Assembly: GCA_965242525.1 (NCBI GenBank) | Contig: OZ251459.1 | Span: forward strand, 1,216,001 to 1,280,000 | Direction: 5' to 3' | Source of the DNA: an uncultured Candidatus Binatia bacterium | GTDB taxonomy: Bacteria > Desulfobacterota > Binatia > UBA9968 > JAJDTQ01 | DNA: 64,000 nt | In this document: positions 46,384 to 55,839 of the stretch, one piece after another | Position numbering within the stretch: the first letter of the stretch is position 1 | How the letters are laid out: each line of letters starts with the position of its first letter | The notes under the pieces: generated by a model | What the model saw: the letters and a program-made list of their open reading frames with translations, nothing else | Told to the model about the DNA's origin: nothing | Database searches by the model: none | Made by a program: the position numbers and the translations under genes

Positions 46384-47307
46384 ATGCGCCTCGGCCTGCC
46401 CGACTTCGTCTCCAACTCGTACTTTCCCGCCATCGCCGCGGTGGAGCTCGGATTCTTCCGGGCCGAAGGGCTGGACATGGAGCTGGATCTCATCTTCCCG
46501 GTGCCCAGAACCTTCGAGGCGTTGCGGGACCGCGAGATCGACTTCGTGGCGGCGTCGGCCCACGCCACCCTGACCGCGTTCCCGGAATGGAAAGGCGCCA
46601 AGCTGCTGGCGGCGCTGGCCTCCCACATGTACTGGTTCCTGGTGCTGCGCTCGGACCTGGGCGCCAAGCGCGGCGAGGTGGAGGCGGTCAAGGGCCTCCG
46701 CATCGGCGCCGCCCCGGGCGTGGACCTGGGGCTCAGGCGCCTGCTGGCGGCCGCGGGCATCGACCCGCAAGCGGACGACGTGCGCATCGGGCCGGTGCCC
46801 GGGGCCGCGGAAGCCGGCGTCTCCTTCGGCGTGACCGCGGCCAGGGCCCTGGCCGACGGCCTCATCGACGGCTTCTGGGCCAACGGCATGGGAGCGGAAG
46901 TGGCGGTGCGCAGCGGGGCCGGCGCCGTGGTGCTCGACATACGGCGCGGCGAGGGACCCCCGGAGGCCCGGGGCTACACCTTTCCCGCCCTGGTCACGTC
47001 GGACCGGCTGATCGCCGAGGGCCCGGATGCGGCCGCGGCTGCGGTCCGCGCACTGGTGCGGACGCAGCGGGCCCTGGTGGAGGACCCCGGACGGGCCGCG
47101 GCCGTGGGCAAGGCCCTCTACCCCGCGGAAGAGGCGCAACTCATCGCCGGGCTCGTCGAACGCGACGCTCCCTACTACGACCCCCGGATTTCCGAGGAAG
47201 CGGTGGCCGGCATGAACCGTTTCGCCCGGGACGTGGGCCTGCTCTCCGGCCCCGTTCCCTACGAAGAGGTGGTGGCGGTCCGGTTCAGCCGCCTGTGGGA
47301 CGGTTAG
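46384..47307 (+). CDS. NMT1/SsuA/THI5-like substrate-binding-fold protein lacking a signal peptide
   Basis: A.ELGFF..EGLD, KGLRIGA, AL..G.IDG; no hydrophobic leader. Confidence 0.8.
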   Translation: MRLGLPDFVSNSYFPAIAAVELGFFRAEGLDMELDLIFPVPRTFEALRDREIDFVAASAHATLTAFPEWKGAKLLAALASHMYWFLVLRSDLGAKRGEVEAVKGLRIGAAPGVDLGLRRLLAAAGIDPQADDVRIGPVPGAAEAGVSFGVTAARALADGLIDGFWANGMGAEVAVRSGAGAVVLDIRRGEGPPEARGYTFPALVTSDRLIAEGPDAAAAAVRALVRTQRALVEDPGRAAAVGKALYPAEEAQLIAGLVERDAPYYDPRISEEAVAGMNRFARDVGLLSGPVPYEEVVAVRFSRLWDG

Positions 47308-47397
47308 CGCCCGACCGTGGGACCCGGAACCGCGCAGTGACGACGCCGGCCGACCGGGCCGGCGTCACGGGCTTTCTCGACTGCGGAAGGAAGACTC

Positions 47398-48186
47398 ATG
47401 GACCTGTCACGCTTTTCCCTCGAAGGACGCACTACGATCATCACCGGCGGCAGCGGCGGAATCGGTCGGGCCTGCGCGCTGGCCTTCGCCCAGGCCGGCT
47501 CCGACGTGGTGGTGGCCTCCCTCCCCCCGGAGTCCATACAGCCGGTGGTGGACGAGGTCGAAGCCCTGGGCGTGAGCGCCCTGGGCATAGCCGCGGACGT
47601 CTCCCGGGAGGAGCAGGTGGAGGAGATGGCGGCGGCCGTGCTGGACCGGTTCGGGCGCATCGACGCCCTCCTGAACGTGGCCGGCGGCTCCTACAGCCGG
47701 AACCCGGCCATGCCGGCGTTCCAGCGGGCGCCGCTGCTGGAGCTCTCGCCGGAGGACTTCATGGGCGTTTACGACGTCAACGTGAAGACGGCCTTCCTCT
47801 GCGCCAAGGCGGTGGCGCCGCACATGAAGCAACGCGGCAAGGGCGCCATCGTCAACGTGGGATCCATCTCCGGCCGCTCCACCAAGCACGAGCGCCCGAA
47901 CATGGCCGCCTACGGCACGGCCAAGGCCGCGGTCATGAACCTCACCTTCCACATGGCGAACCAGTGGGGGCCGGAGATACGGGTGAACGCGGTGGCCCCG
48001 GGGATCATCGACACACCCCGGCCCGGCGGCGCGAGCCTCGGAGGCATGGAGCCCGGCGGCCTGGAGAACATCGCGCTGGGACGCCACGGAAGGGCCGACG
48101 AGGTGGCCGGCGTCGCCCTGTTCCTGGCTTCCGACGCGGCGTCGTTCGTGAACGGGTCGGTGGTGGACGTGAACGGCGGCGAGTAG
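47398..48186 (+). CDS. Short-chain dehydrogenase/reductase
   Basis: TGGSGGIG, NVAG, YGTAK, RVNAVAPG. Confidence 0.93.
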   Translation: MDLSRFSLEGRTTIITGGSGGIGRACALAFAQAGSDVVVASLPPESIQPVVDEVEALGVSALGIAADVSREEQVEEMAAAVLDRFGRIDALLNVAGGSYSRNPAMPAFQRAPLLELSPEDFMGVYDVNVKTAFLCAKAVAPHMKQRGKGAIVNVGSISGRSTKHERPNMAAYGTAKAAVMNLTFHMANQWGPEIRVNAVAPGIIDTPRPGGASLGGMEPGGLENIALGRHGRADEVAGVALFLASDAASFVNGSVVDVNGGE

Positions 48187-48188
48187 CC

Positions 48189-50348
48189 CTACCGGGTCAC
48201 GGGCTGCCCTTGCGAATCCACCGCCAGGGTGGACGCGGGAGCCGCGGGAACCCTCGTGAGGGCCATGAAGTCCGCGAGGATGTGGACGGCCTCGTGGAGG
48301 ATGGGGTCTTCGTCCAGGGGCTCGTCAGCGGGACTTGCCGGGGCTTCCGCCTGCTTCTCGTGATGGGCCGTCAACTCGGCGAAGTCCGCGAAGGGCTTCT
48401 CGCCCTTGGCCCGGCGCCGGGCGTTCTCGCTCCGGAGCTCCAGGATCTCCCGGCGTTCCTTCCCGGCTCGCCGGGTCTCCTCCCTCAGCGACACCGCGGT
48501 CTCCGCACGCTCCTCCACCAGGCGTTCGATGCGCGCCGCCAGATGGGCGAAGTCCGGGTCCGCGCCCACCCGCTCCCGGTGCCGCCGCGCCAGGGCCTCG
48601 AAGTAGGGCTCGGTCTCCCCCACCCGCGCATACCGGGCCTGCTTGATGGAGTCCCAGGGCAAGGCGTGGTCCAGCGAGCTCTCCCCCACCTCGGTCTTGT
48701 CGATCGCGTCCGGGAGCTCCATGTCGGGTATGACCCCGCGGTGTTGGACGCTTCCCCCGGAGATGCGGTAGAACTTGGCCTGGGTGAGCTTCAGCCGTCC
48801 CCGACTGATGCGGATGAGGGTCTGGACGGTGCCCTTTCCGAAGGTCTGCCCGCCCGCCACCAGCCCCCTGCGGTAGTCCTGGACGGCGCCGGCGAAGATC
48901 TCCGAAGCCGACGCGCTGAGCCGGTTCACCAGCACCACCAGCGGCCCCTCGTGGACGGCGCCCGCATCCTCGTCCGAATGGATCCGGATCAGCCCCTGGC
49001 CGTCCCGGACCTGCACCACCGGACCCCGGTCGATGAACAGGCCCACGAGGTCGATGGCTTCCCGAAGGGACCCTCCGCCGTTGTCCCGCAAGTCGATGAC
49101 CAGCCCCGACACATGGGCCTCGCGCAGCTCCTCCAGCAACCGCTTCACGTCCCGGACCGTGCTCTTGTAGTTGGGGTCCCCGGCTTCGAGCGCGCGAAAG
49201 TCCGCGTAGAACGTGGGTATGCGGATGACGCCCACCTTCTCGGCGCGCCCTCCGACCTCCACTTCCGTCACCCTGCTGCTGGCCTGCTGGTCTTCGAGAT
49301 CGACCTTGTTGCGGACGATGCGGATGACCCTCCGCTGCTTCGCGGCGCTGGCCTGGGGAACGATCTCCAGCCGCACGGTGGTGTCCTTGGGGCCGCGGAT
49401 CAGGGAGACCACCTCGTCCAGGCGCATGCCGAGGACGTCCACCATCTCCCCCTGCTCGCCCTGGGCCACGCCGACGATGCGGTCCCCGGGCTTCAGGTCG
49501 CCGGCCTTGTCGGCCGGTCCGCCGGCGACCAGCCGCAAGACCTTGACGCTCTCGCCGTCGGCTTGCAGCACGGCGCCGATCCCCTCCAGGGACAAGCTCA
49601 TGTGGATGTTGAAGTTCTCGCTCTGATGAGGCGGAAAATAAGCGGAATGTGGGTCGATGGCCCTGAGGAAGGCGTTGGTGTAAACGCGGAACGCGTCGGC
49701 GCCGTTGGCTTGACGCACCCGCACCCGCTGGTTGGCGTAACGCCGCCGGAGCGACTCGCGGACCTCTCCGGGTTCCGTTCCGGCCAGCAGTCCGTTCAAC
49801 ACGTCGCCCTTGAGTTGCCTGCGCCACAGGGTCTCGAGACCGGCCATGGAGCCGGCCCACTCCGCGTTCTTCCGGGGGAGGCTCTCGTCCTTCTCGAAGT
49901 CCAGGGCGTCGAACTCCTCGTCGATGACCCGGATGACGAAGCCGAGGCGCTGCATCAACCGCCGTCGATAGCGGTTGAATATCCCGAAGGCAGGCTCCAG
50001 GTCCCCGGCCTGGAGCAGGTCGTCGAACCGGGTCCTCAGCCGCTCGAACTCCAGGACGTCTCCGGCATGGAAGTAGCTCCGGGAGGGATCCAGGGCCTTG
50101 AGGTAGGAGTCGAAGATCCGGCTCGACGCCCGGTCGTCCAGGGTGACGTCCTTGTAGTGTCCCTTGGTGAGGTTTGCGAGGATCTCGGCGCTGACGGCCG
50201 ACTGCTGGGACTCCGGCGCAAGCTCCCGGACAGGGGCAAGGTCCTCCTGGACCACCGGCTCCTGGCCCCACGCCGGTCCCGCCAGCAACCAGACCGCGGC
50301 TGCGGCGACCATGAGACGGCGTCTCGATCGTGGGCGTGCGTGATCCAT
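48189..50348 (-). CDS. prc: Tail-specific (C-terminal processing) protease, S41A
   Basis: Signal peptide, DPHSAYF, PDZ (GIGA.L), DLRDNGGGSL, SASASEI, FGKGTVQ. Confidence 0.93.
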   Translation of the reverse strand: MDHARPRSRRRLMVAAAAVWLLAGPAWGQEPVVQEDLAPVRELAPESQQSAVSAEILANLTKGHYKDVTLDDRASSRIFDSYLKALDPSRSYFHAGDVLEFERLRTRFDDLLQAGDLEPAFGIFNRYRRRLMQRLGFVIRVIDEEFDALDFEKDESLPRKNAEWAGSMAGLETLWRRQLKGDVLNGLLAGTEPGEVRESLRRRYANQRVRVRQANGADAFRVYTNAFLRAIDPHSAYFPPHQSENFNIHMSLSLEGIGAVLQADGESVKVLRLVAGGPADKAGDLKPGDRIVGVAQGEQGEMVDVLGMRLDEVVSLIRGPKDTTVRLEIVPQASAAKQRRVIRIVRNKVDLEDQQASSRVTEVEVGGRAEKVGVIRIPTFYADFRALEAGDPNYKSTVRDVKRLLEELREAHVSGLVIDLRDNGGGSLREAIDLVGLFIDRGPVVQVRDGQGLIRIHSDEDAGAVHEGPLVVLVNRLSASASEIFAGAVQDYRRGLVAGGQTFGKGTVQTLIRISRGRLKLTQAKFYRISGGSVQHRGVIPDMELPDAIDKTEVGESSLDHALPWDSIKQARYARVGETEPYFEALARRHRERVGADPDFAHLAARIERLVEERAETAVSLREETRRAGKERREILELRSENARRRAKGEKPFADFAELTAHHEKQAEAPASPADEPLDEDPILHEAVHILADFMALTRVPAAPASTLAVDSQGQPVTR

Positions 50349-50564
50349 TCGCGTTCCTTCCCCGTGCGGCGCAAGGACCGGGAACCCCGGGACATGATCC
50401 CGGCGCCGGTCCCGGATGCGTGCAAGTCCCGTCCAATCTAATCCAACGTTCCCGCTCCTTCAAGCACCGGCCGCGGGTTCCGCCCGCCCCTGCCGCCTTG
50501 CTTCCGAGGCCCGTTCGCGTTAGCCTTGGGACAAGTCCGTAGCGCCCGCCGGGGATCGGAACCC

Positions 50565-51719
50565 GTGAAACTGCCGCGCAACCCCACTCGCGCCGTACGC
50601 ATCGGCTCTACCGTGATCGGAGGGAACCATCCCATCGCGGTCCAGAGCATGTGCGCCACCCATACCCAGGACGTCCGGGCCACCGCGGCCCAGGTCAACG
50701 ATCTGGCCCGGGCCGGGGCCCAAGTGGTCCGCATCGCGGTGGACAGCCGGAAGGACGCCGAGGCGCTGGCCCGGGTTCGGGACGCCACCGAGGCCAACCT
50801 GTCCGTGGACCTGCAGGAGAACTACCGGCTCGCGTCCCTGGTGGCGCCCCACGTGGACAAGGTCCGCTACAACCCCGGCCATCTCTACCACCACGAGCGG
50901 CGGAAGTCCTGGCGGGACAAGGTCCGGTTCCTGGCGGAGGTGGCCGCGGCCCACGACTGCGCCATGCGCGTGGGGGTCAACTGCGGCTCGGTGGACCCGG
51001 CCCAGCAGGACAAGTTCCCCCATGACGACTCCGTCTCGCCCATGCTCGCCAGCGCCTGGGAACACTGCGAGCTGCTGGACGGCCTGGGCTTCACGCGCTA
51101 CTGCGTCTCGCTCAAGGACTCGGACCCGGCCAAGGTCGTCGAGGTCAACCGGCGTTTCGCGGCCCAGCGGCCCGACGTGCCGCTCCACCTGGGGGTCACC
51201 GAAGCGGGGCTGCCGCCGGACGGCATCGTCAAGACCCGCATCGCCCTGGAGCAGCTCATCAGCCGGGGCATCGGCGACACCATCCGGGTCTCCCTGACCG
51301 TGCCCAACCCGCGCAAGCCCGAGGAGGTGGCCGCGGGGCGCGAGATCCTGGAAGACATCGCCCAGGGCCGGGTGCGCAGCGTGGTGGACTACGGGCGGGA
51401 CGCCCTGAACATCATCAGTTGCCCGAGCTGTTCCCGGGTGGAGAACGAGAACTTCGTGGAGCTGGCGCAGCAGGTCAAGGAGATGACCTCCTACGCGGCC
51501 GAGCACGCGGTCACCATCGCGGTCATGGGCTGCCGCGTCAACGGACCCGGCGAGACCGACGACGCCGACCTGGGCCTGTGGTGCGGCCCGCGGTTCGTGA
51601 ACCTGAAGCGCGGCAGCGAGCCGCTGGGCGCGTTCGGCTACCACGAGATCCTGCCGCGGCTCAAGGACGAGCTCGACGCCATGATCGCCCGGCGGGGCGC
51701 AGAGGGCCCGGCCGCCTGA
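50565..51719 (+). CDS. ispG: (E)-4-hydroxy-3-methylbut-2-enyl-diphosphate synthase
   Basis: [45 protein letters not shown]. Confidence 0.95.
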   Translation: MKLPRNPTRAVRIGSTVIGGNHPIAVQSMCATHTQDVRATAAQVNDLARAGAQVVRIAVDSRKDAEALARVRDATEANLSVDLQENYRLASLVAPHVDKVRYNPGHLYHHERRKSWRDKVRFLAEVAAAHDCAMRVGVNCGSVDPAQQDKFPHDDSVSPMLASAWEHCELLDGLGFTRYCVSLKDSDPAKVVEVNRRFAAQRPDVPLHLGVTEAGLPPDGIVKTRIALEQLISRGIGDTIRVSLTVPNPRKPEEVAAGREILEDIAQGRVRSVVDYGRDALNIISCPSCSRVENENFVELAQQVKEMTSYAAEHAVTIAVMGCRVNGPGETDDADLGLWCGPRFVNLKRGSEPLGAFGYHEILPRLKDELDAMIARRGAEGPAA

Positions 51720-51750
51720 CGTCCCGGTACGCCCGCCCCCCTTCCCTCCC

Positions 51751-52941
51751 ATGGATTTCTGGAACCGCATCCGCAAGCCCATCATCGGCCTTTCGCCCAT
51801 GGACGGGGTCACAGACGCCTCCTTCCGGCTGGTGGCCGCCCGGTACGGCCCGCCGGATCTGTGCATGACCGAGTTCACCAGCGTGGAAGCCATCTGCTGT
51901 GGCGCCGAAGGGTTCGTGCGAGACCTCTCCTACGGCGAGTGCGAACGCCCGGTGCTCGCCCAGATCTACGGCCGCACGCCCCAGGCATTCTACCAGGTGG
52001 CGCACGTGGTCGGGGATCTCGGGTTCGACGGACTGGACATCAACATGGGATGCCCGGCCAAGAACGTGGCCGCCAGGGGATGCGGCGCGGGCCTCATACG
52101 CAACCCGGACCTGGCCGTCGCCCTCATCCGTGCGGCGCGCCAAGGGCTCGCGGACTGGGCCGCGGGGCAACGCCTGGAAGACGTGGGCTTGGCCCCGGAG
52201 GTGGTGGAGCGGGTGCGCCACATGCAGCGCGGGCGCGCGACGCCCGGGAGCCGCCCATCCATCCCGCTGTCGGTGAAGACCCGAGTGGGGTACGACGAGG
52301 TGGAAGTGGAACGGTGGATCCCCGTGCTCCTGGGCGAGGGGCCCGCGGCCATCTCCCTCCACGGCCGCACCCTCAAGCAGATGTACCGGGGAGCCGCGGA
52401 CTGGGACGCCATCGGCCGGGCGGTGGAGCTCGCCCGGGAGTCGCCGACCCTGGTCCTCGGCAACGGCGACCTCAAGTCCATGCCGGAAGTGGTGGAGCGG
52501 GTGCGGCAGACCGGCGTGGACGGCGTCCTCCTGGGACGGGGCGCCCTGGGGAACCCCTGGGTCTTTCGCCACAAGCAGTGGGCCAAGGACACGCTGGCCG
52601 GGGTCTCGCCCGCCGCGGCGCCGCCGGACGAGACCTGGGTCTCGCGGGACGAGCGGACGCGGGTGCTGCTGGAGCACAGCCGGCACTTCGAGAGCCTCTG
52701 GGGCGAGCGCCGGTTCCCCGCCATGCGCAAGCACTTGGCTTGGTACTGCAAGGGCTTTCGCGGCGCTTCCCGGTGGCGCGCGCGGATGGTCCGGGCCGGC
52801 AACGCCGAAGAGGTCGCGCGCATCGTCCAGGCGACGCCCGAAGCGCCCGAACCGCGTCCGGCTCAGGCGCCGCGCCCGGACGTCCCGCCGCCGCGGCCCG
52901 AAGGTCCCGCGGTGGGGTTCGACGCACGCGGGTTGGGCTGA
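51751..52941 (+). CDS. tRNA-dihydrouridine synthase family
   Basis: SPMDGVTD, DINMGCP, SVKTR.G, HGRT, GNGD, GRGALGNPW, RKH. Confidence 0.92.
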   Translation: MDFWNRIRKPIIGLSPMDGVTDASFRLVAARYGPPDLCMTEFTSVEAICCGAEGFVRDLSYGECERPVLAQIYGRTPQAFYQVAHVVGDLGFDGLDINMGCPAKNVAARGCGAGLIRNPDLAVALIRAARQGLADWAAGQRLEDVGLAPEVVERVRHMQRGRATPGSRPSIPLSVKTRVGYDEVEVERWIPVLLGEGPAAISLHGRTLKQMYRGAADWDAIGRAVELARESPTLVLGNGDLKSMPEVVERVRQTGVDGVLLGRGALGNPWVFRHKQWAKDTLAGVSPAAAPPDETWVSRDERTRVLLEHSRHFESLWGERRFPAMRKHLAWYCKGFRGASRWRARMVRAGNAEEVARIVQATPEAPEPRPAQAPRPDVPPPRPEGPAVGFDARGLG

Positions 52942-52948
52942 CCCCGCC

Positions 52949-53620
52949 ATGCGTCTCGTGCTGGCGTCCACCTCGCCCCGGCGGCGCGACATCCTGGCCC
53001 TGCTCGGCCTCCCATTCGAGGTGCGCCCGCCGGACTTCGACGAAACCCCCCGCGAAGACCTTACGCCGGAGGCCGAAGCGCTGGCCCTGGCCGCGGGCAA
53101 GGCCCGCTCCGTGGCCCGCCGCGAACCCGGCGCCCTGGTGGCCGGGGGCGACACGCTCATCGCCCTGGGCGCCGAGAAGATCGGCAAGCCCGAAAACCCG
53201 GGCCACGCCGCGGCCATACTCCGCAAGCTCTCCGGAAGGAGCCACCGTATCCTCACCGGGGTGGCCCTGGTGGACCCCGTGACCGGGCGCGAGACCACCC
53301 ACCTCGAACGAGTGGAGGTGCGCATGCGCCGCTCCACCGACGCCGACATCGCCGGCTACCTGGCCCTGGGCGAATCCATGGACAAGGCCGGCGCGTACTC
53401 CATCCAGGGCCAGGGCCACCGGCTGGTGGAGAGCCTCCGGGGCGACTACCTGGCCGCGGTGGGGCTGCCCCTGCGCCCGGTGGCTGACTATCTCCGGAGC
53501 CTGGGCGTGGAAGTCCCCGCGGACGTGGAAAGGCTGTACCGGGAGAGGTCCCTGTGGACCTGGAACGCGGTCTCCGTCTCCACCGCGGAACGCTCCCGAG
53601 AGTTTGCGCCGCGGGAATGA
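52949..53620 (+). CDS. maf: Maf family nucleotide pyrophosphatase
   Basis: LASTSPRR, GDT, GKP, DKAGAYSIQG, VGLP. Confidence 0.93.
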   Translation: MRLVLASTSPRRRDILALLGLPFEVRPPDFDETPREDLTPEAEALALAAGKARSVARREPGALVAGGDTLIALGAEKIGKPENPGHAAAILRKLSGRSHRILTGVALVDPVTGRETTHLERVEVRMRRSTDADIAGYLALGESMDKAGAYSIQGQGHRLVESLRGDYLAAVGLPLRPVADYLRSLGVEVPADVERLYRERSLWTWNAVSVSTAERSREFAPRE

Positions 53621-53699
53621 CTGGAAGGCTGTCGGAAGACCCTCGTGGCTGGATCGAGGAAGTCCCCGGATTCCGGCGGTTCAGTGTCCGAGATGGCTA

Positions 53700-54401
53700 C
53701 TACACATCCTTCAGGCTCTCATCGGCCTGCTCGCGAAAGCGTTTATACGCCTCGGGAAAGAAAAGACGAGCGGACACAATTTCAGATATGGGGATCACAA
53801 CGCGAAAATCCTCATCGAATACAGGACCCGGCTCTTCCAGAGACTGCTCGATCACCGCAGCGTAATGAGTCGTTATTTCCAGTTCCTGGTCGTCTTTACG
53901 TCGATACCCGCTCGCTACCGGAATGAGCGAGACGTCCGGCTCGCCCTGCTGCCTTTTTATACCGCTCTCCAAGGCAAAGCCTATGTAGGACTTTCCGCTT
54001 CTCAGAGAAAGCTCGACGAACTCCCCTCGGCTCAAGGATTCCGCCATCAACAATTCAACGAAGTCATTGTTTTCCTTGGCGGCCCGACGCGCCGCCCGAT
54101 CCGAGCCATAGAGACAGTTTGCCACCAAAGGCACTGCGATACCGAAAACTACACTCAGCACGGCGGTGTCGGAGTGAGGGGTCGAGAAATAGTGCGACCA
54201 CCAAACATCAAGCTGTGGGAAGCAATGATCCAGAAACAGGCCGGCCACTCGAGCGGCGCCGAACAAAATGACGCCGGCGAAAGCGGAGTTGAAAAGGAGA
54301 TGATAACCCGACTCGCGAAAGGTGCGATATCGGGTGTAGTTCAGATGCGTTAAAAGCCAGTAACCGCCAATGGTGGGAAGCAGAAACAAACCCAATCCCA
54401 T
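53700..54401 (-). CDS. Hypothetical membrane protein (about 3 N-terminal TMs plus soluble beta-rich domain)
   Basis: Hydrophobic N-half; C-half VELSLRSGKSYIG...SGYR...VVIPISEIVS; GGAGGT SD. Confidence 0.75.
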   Translation of the reverse strand: MGLGLFLLPTIGGYWLLTHLNYTRYRTFRESGYHLLFNSAFAGVILFGAARVAGLFLDHCFPQLDVWWSHYFSTPHSDTAVLSVVFGIAVPLVANCLYGSDRAARRAAKENNDFVELLMAESLSRGEFVELSLRSGKSYIGFALESGIKRQQGEPDVSLIPVASGYRRKDDQELEITTHYAAVIEQSLEEPGPVFDEDFRVVIPISEIVSARLFFPEAYKRFREQADESLKDV

Positions 54402-54440
54402 GGAGGCTACCTCCTGACAGAATGATTGTGGCGGCTCCTC

Positions 54441-54632
54441 TCAGGAACCCTTCCGAGCCTTCGCAGGAGATTGCAACGTGCTTGCCAACTTCGTCATCGC
54501 CGCAAGTCTTTCCCGCCCTTTGCCGCTCCGGAGCAACTCGTGCGCCTTGACGTACAATCCCCCTGTACGGGTGACGTACACTTTATGGTCGGCTTTTACC
54601 CCGTTTCGGTCAGCCCTATCTTCTTTCGGCAT
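54441..54632 (-). CDS. Small basic hypothetical protein
   Basis: 63 aa from an ATG after GGAAGG; YVTRTGGLYVKAHELLRS; upstream of and co-oriented with the membrane protein gene. Confidence 0.55.
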   Translation of the reverse strand: MPKEDRADRNGVKADHKVYVTRTGGLYVKAHELLRSGKGRERLAAMTKLASTLQSPAKARKGS

Positions 54633-54685
54633 AAACACCTTCCCAAGTACAGCCTTCGCCAGTTGCTGGATGTCTTTTGACTTGA

Positions 54686-54818
54686 GGAACCTCTGAACAA
54701 TCGAGATATCCGGGACGGATTCCCTCGCCCTGACAATCCTGTCCCGTTCATCCTGAGCGTAGCGAAGCGGAGTTGAAGGACACGCTCATGCCTCCTGTCC
54801 CAATTGTTCAGAGGTTCC
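54686..54818. mobile_element. Intact 133-bp MITE with perfect 16-bp terminal inverted repeats and an internal REP unit
   Basis: GGAACCTCTGAACAAT ... ATTGTTCAGAGGTTCC; internal ccgttcatcctgagcgtagcgaagcggagttgaagga. Confidence 0.85.
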
Positions 54819-55791
54819 TTACAGCCTTTGCCAACACGCCTTCGGCTTCGCGCAGGTTCTCCACCGTCCTCTTGGGGTCAATCTTGCCGTTCCTGCCAAA
54901 AGAAATCCACTCGTTTGCCCAAACGGCTACGGTCATGGTCCTGCCGCCTCCTTTGAGCTTCGGCGGTTTCTTGACACGCCCGCCGCCGACAGCAAGGATT
55001 GCCTCACGCAGCCCCTGTGTCGAATCGCCAGGCACTTTCTTGCCCTTCTCAACTCTTATCTTGAAGCAGAGGTTCCGTTTTCCACCAGGAACGACCTCAA
55101 GCTGCAGGTAAGCCTCAGCGCCCCCAGGCAACTTACTACTCCCACCCCACCAGAATCCGAGAAATCCACCCGGTGGAGGGACATAACCCCATTCCCCATC
55201 ACCGCCGAGGGCGTCTTCAAGACATCCGTAGAACCCTTCCCAAGAACCCCATGACCACTGTTCACTGCCGCCAGCCTGCCAATTGCGGTAGCTCTCCGTG
55301 TCATCCTCCCAACATTGGAGATAGCCCCGATAGTCCACGAGGATCACGTTCATGCCGCGGTAGTCCTTGAGCACGCCCAGAAAATCGCGCCGGTCGAAGA
55401 CTTTGTAACCGCGAGGCCTCGGATCGACCGCCTTCTCGACCTTCTGGCGTTCCGCTCGTGGATAGTTGCCGGTCTTCACGTAGATCGGATAGATGTCGTC
55501 TCGGGCGACTTGGCCGAAGCCCGTTTTGCCGTCGCATACACAGTCGTAGTACCGCCGCAGTTTGTCTTTGGCGTCACCGTCGCTAGTGACCGTCTTGTCC
55601 TCGATCAAGAGGACATGCCGGCCGTTAATGCGGGCGAGCACGTCGATCCTACAGTCTTGCTGCCGCACTTCTACGGCCTTGACGCCTATAGCTGATTTAC
55701 CGTGTTTCCGACGCAGCGCGTTGACGAAACGTACTGCGCAGGCGTGCAAATCGGGATCCTCCGCCTTATGCTCAGGATTGGCCCACGACAA
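54808..55791 (-). CDS. PD-(D/E)XK nuclease family protein, possibly 5'-truncated
   Basis: IDVLARIN...LLIEDK catalytic pattern; W.YVP..GGFLGFWW; only a TTG start; stop codon lies within the MITE end. Confidence 0.72.
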   Translation of the reverse strand: MSWANPEHKAEDPDLHACAVRFVNALRRKHGKSAIGVKAVEVRQQDCRIDVLARINGRHVLLIEDKTVTSDGDAKDKLRRYYDCVCDGKTGFGQVARDDIYPIYVKTGNYPRAERQKVEKAVDPRPRGYKVFDRRDFLGVLKDYRGMNVILVDYRGYLQCWEDDTESYRNWQAGGSEQWSWGSWEGFYGCLEDALGGDGEWGYVPPPGGFLGFWWGGSSKLPGGAEAYLQLEVVPGGKRNLCFKIRVEKGKKVPGDSTQGLREAILAVGGGRVKKPPKLKGGGRTMTVAVWANEWISFGRNGKIDPKRTVENLREAEGVLAKAVRNL

Positions 55792-55839
55792 CAGCCAACC
55801 CTTTCCCTTTCTACCATACCCATCCTGCGGCGCAAACTC

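Larger units (their letters stand above)
53600..55839. other. Lower-GC three-gene island bracketed by a 17-bp imperfect inverted repeat
   Basis: GAGTTTGCGCCGCGGGA (53600-53616) and TCCTGCGGCGCAAACTC (55823-55839), 16/17 complementary; composition shifts inside. Confidence 0.6.
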
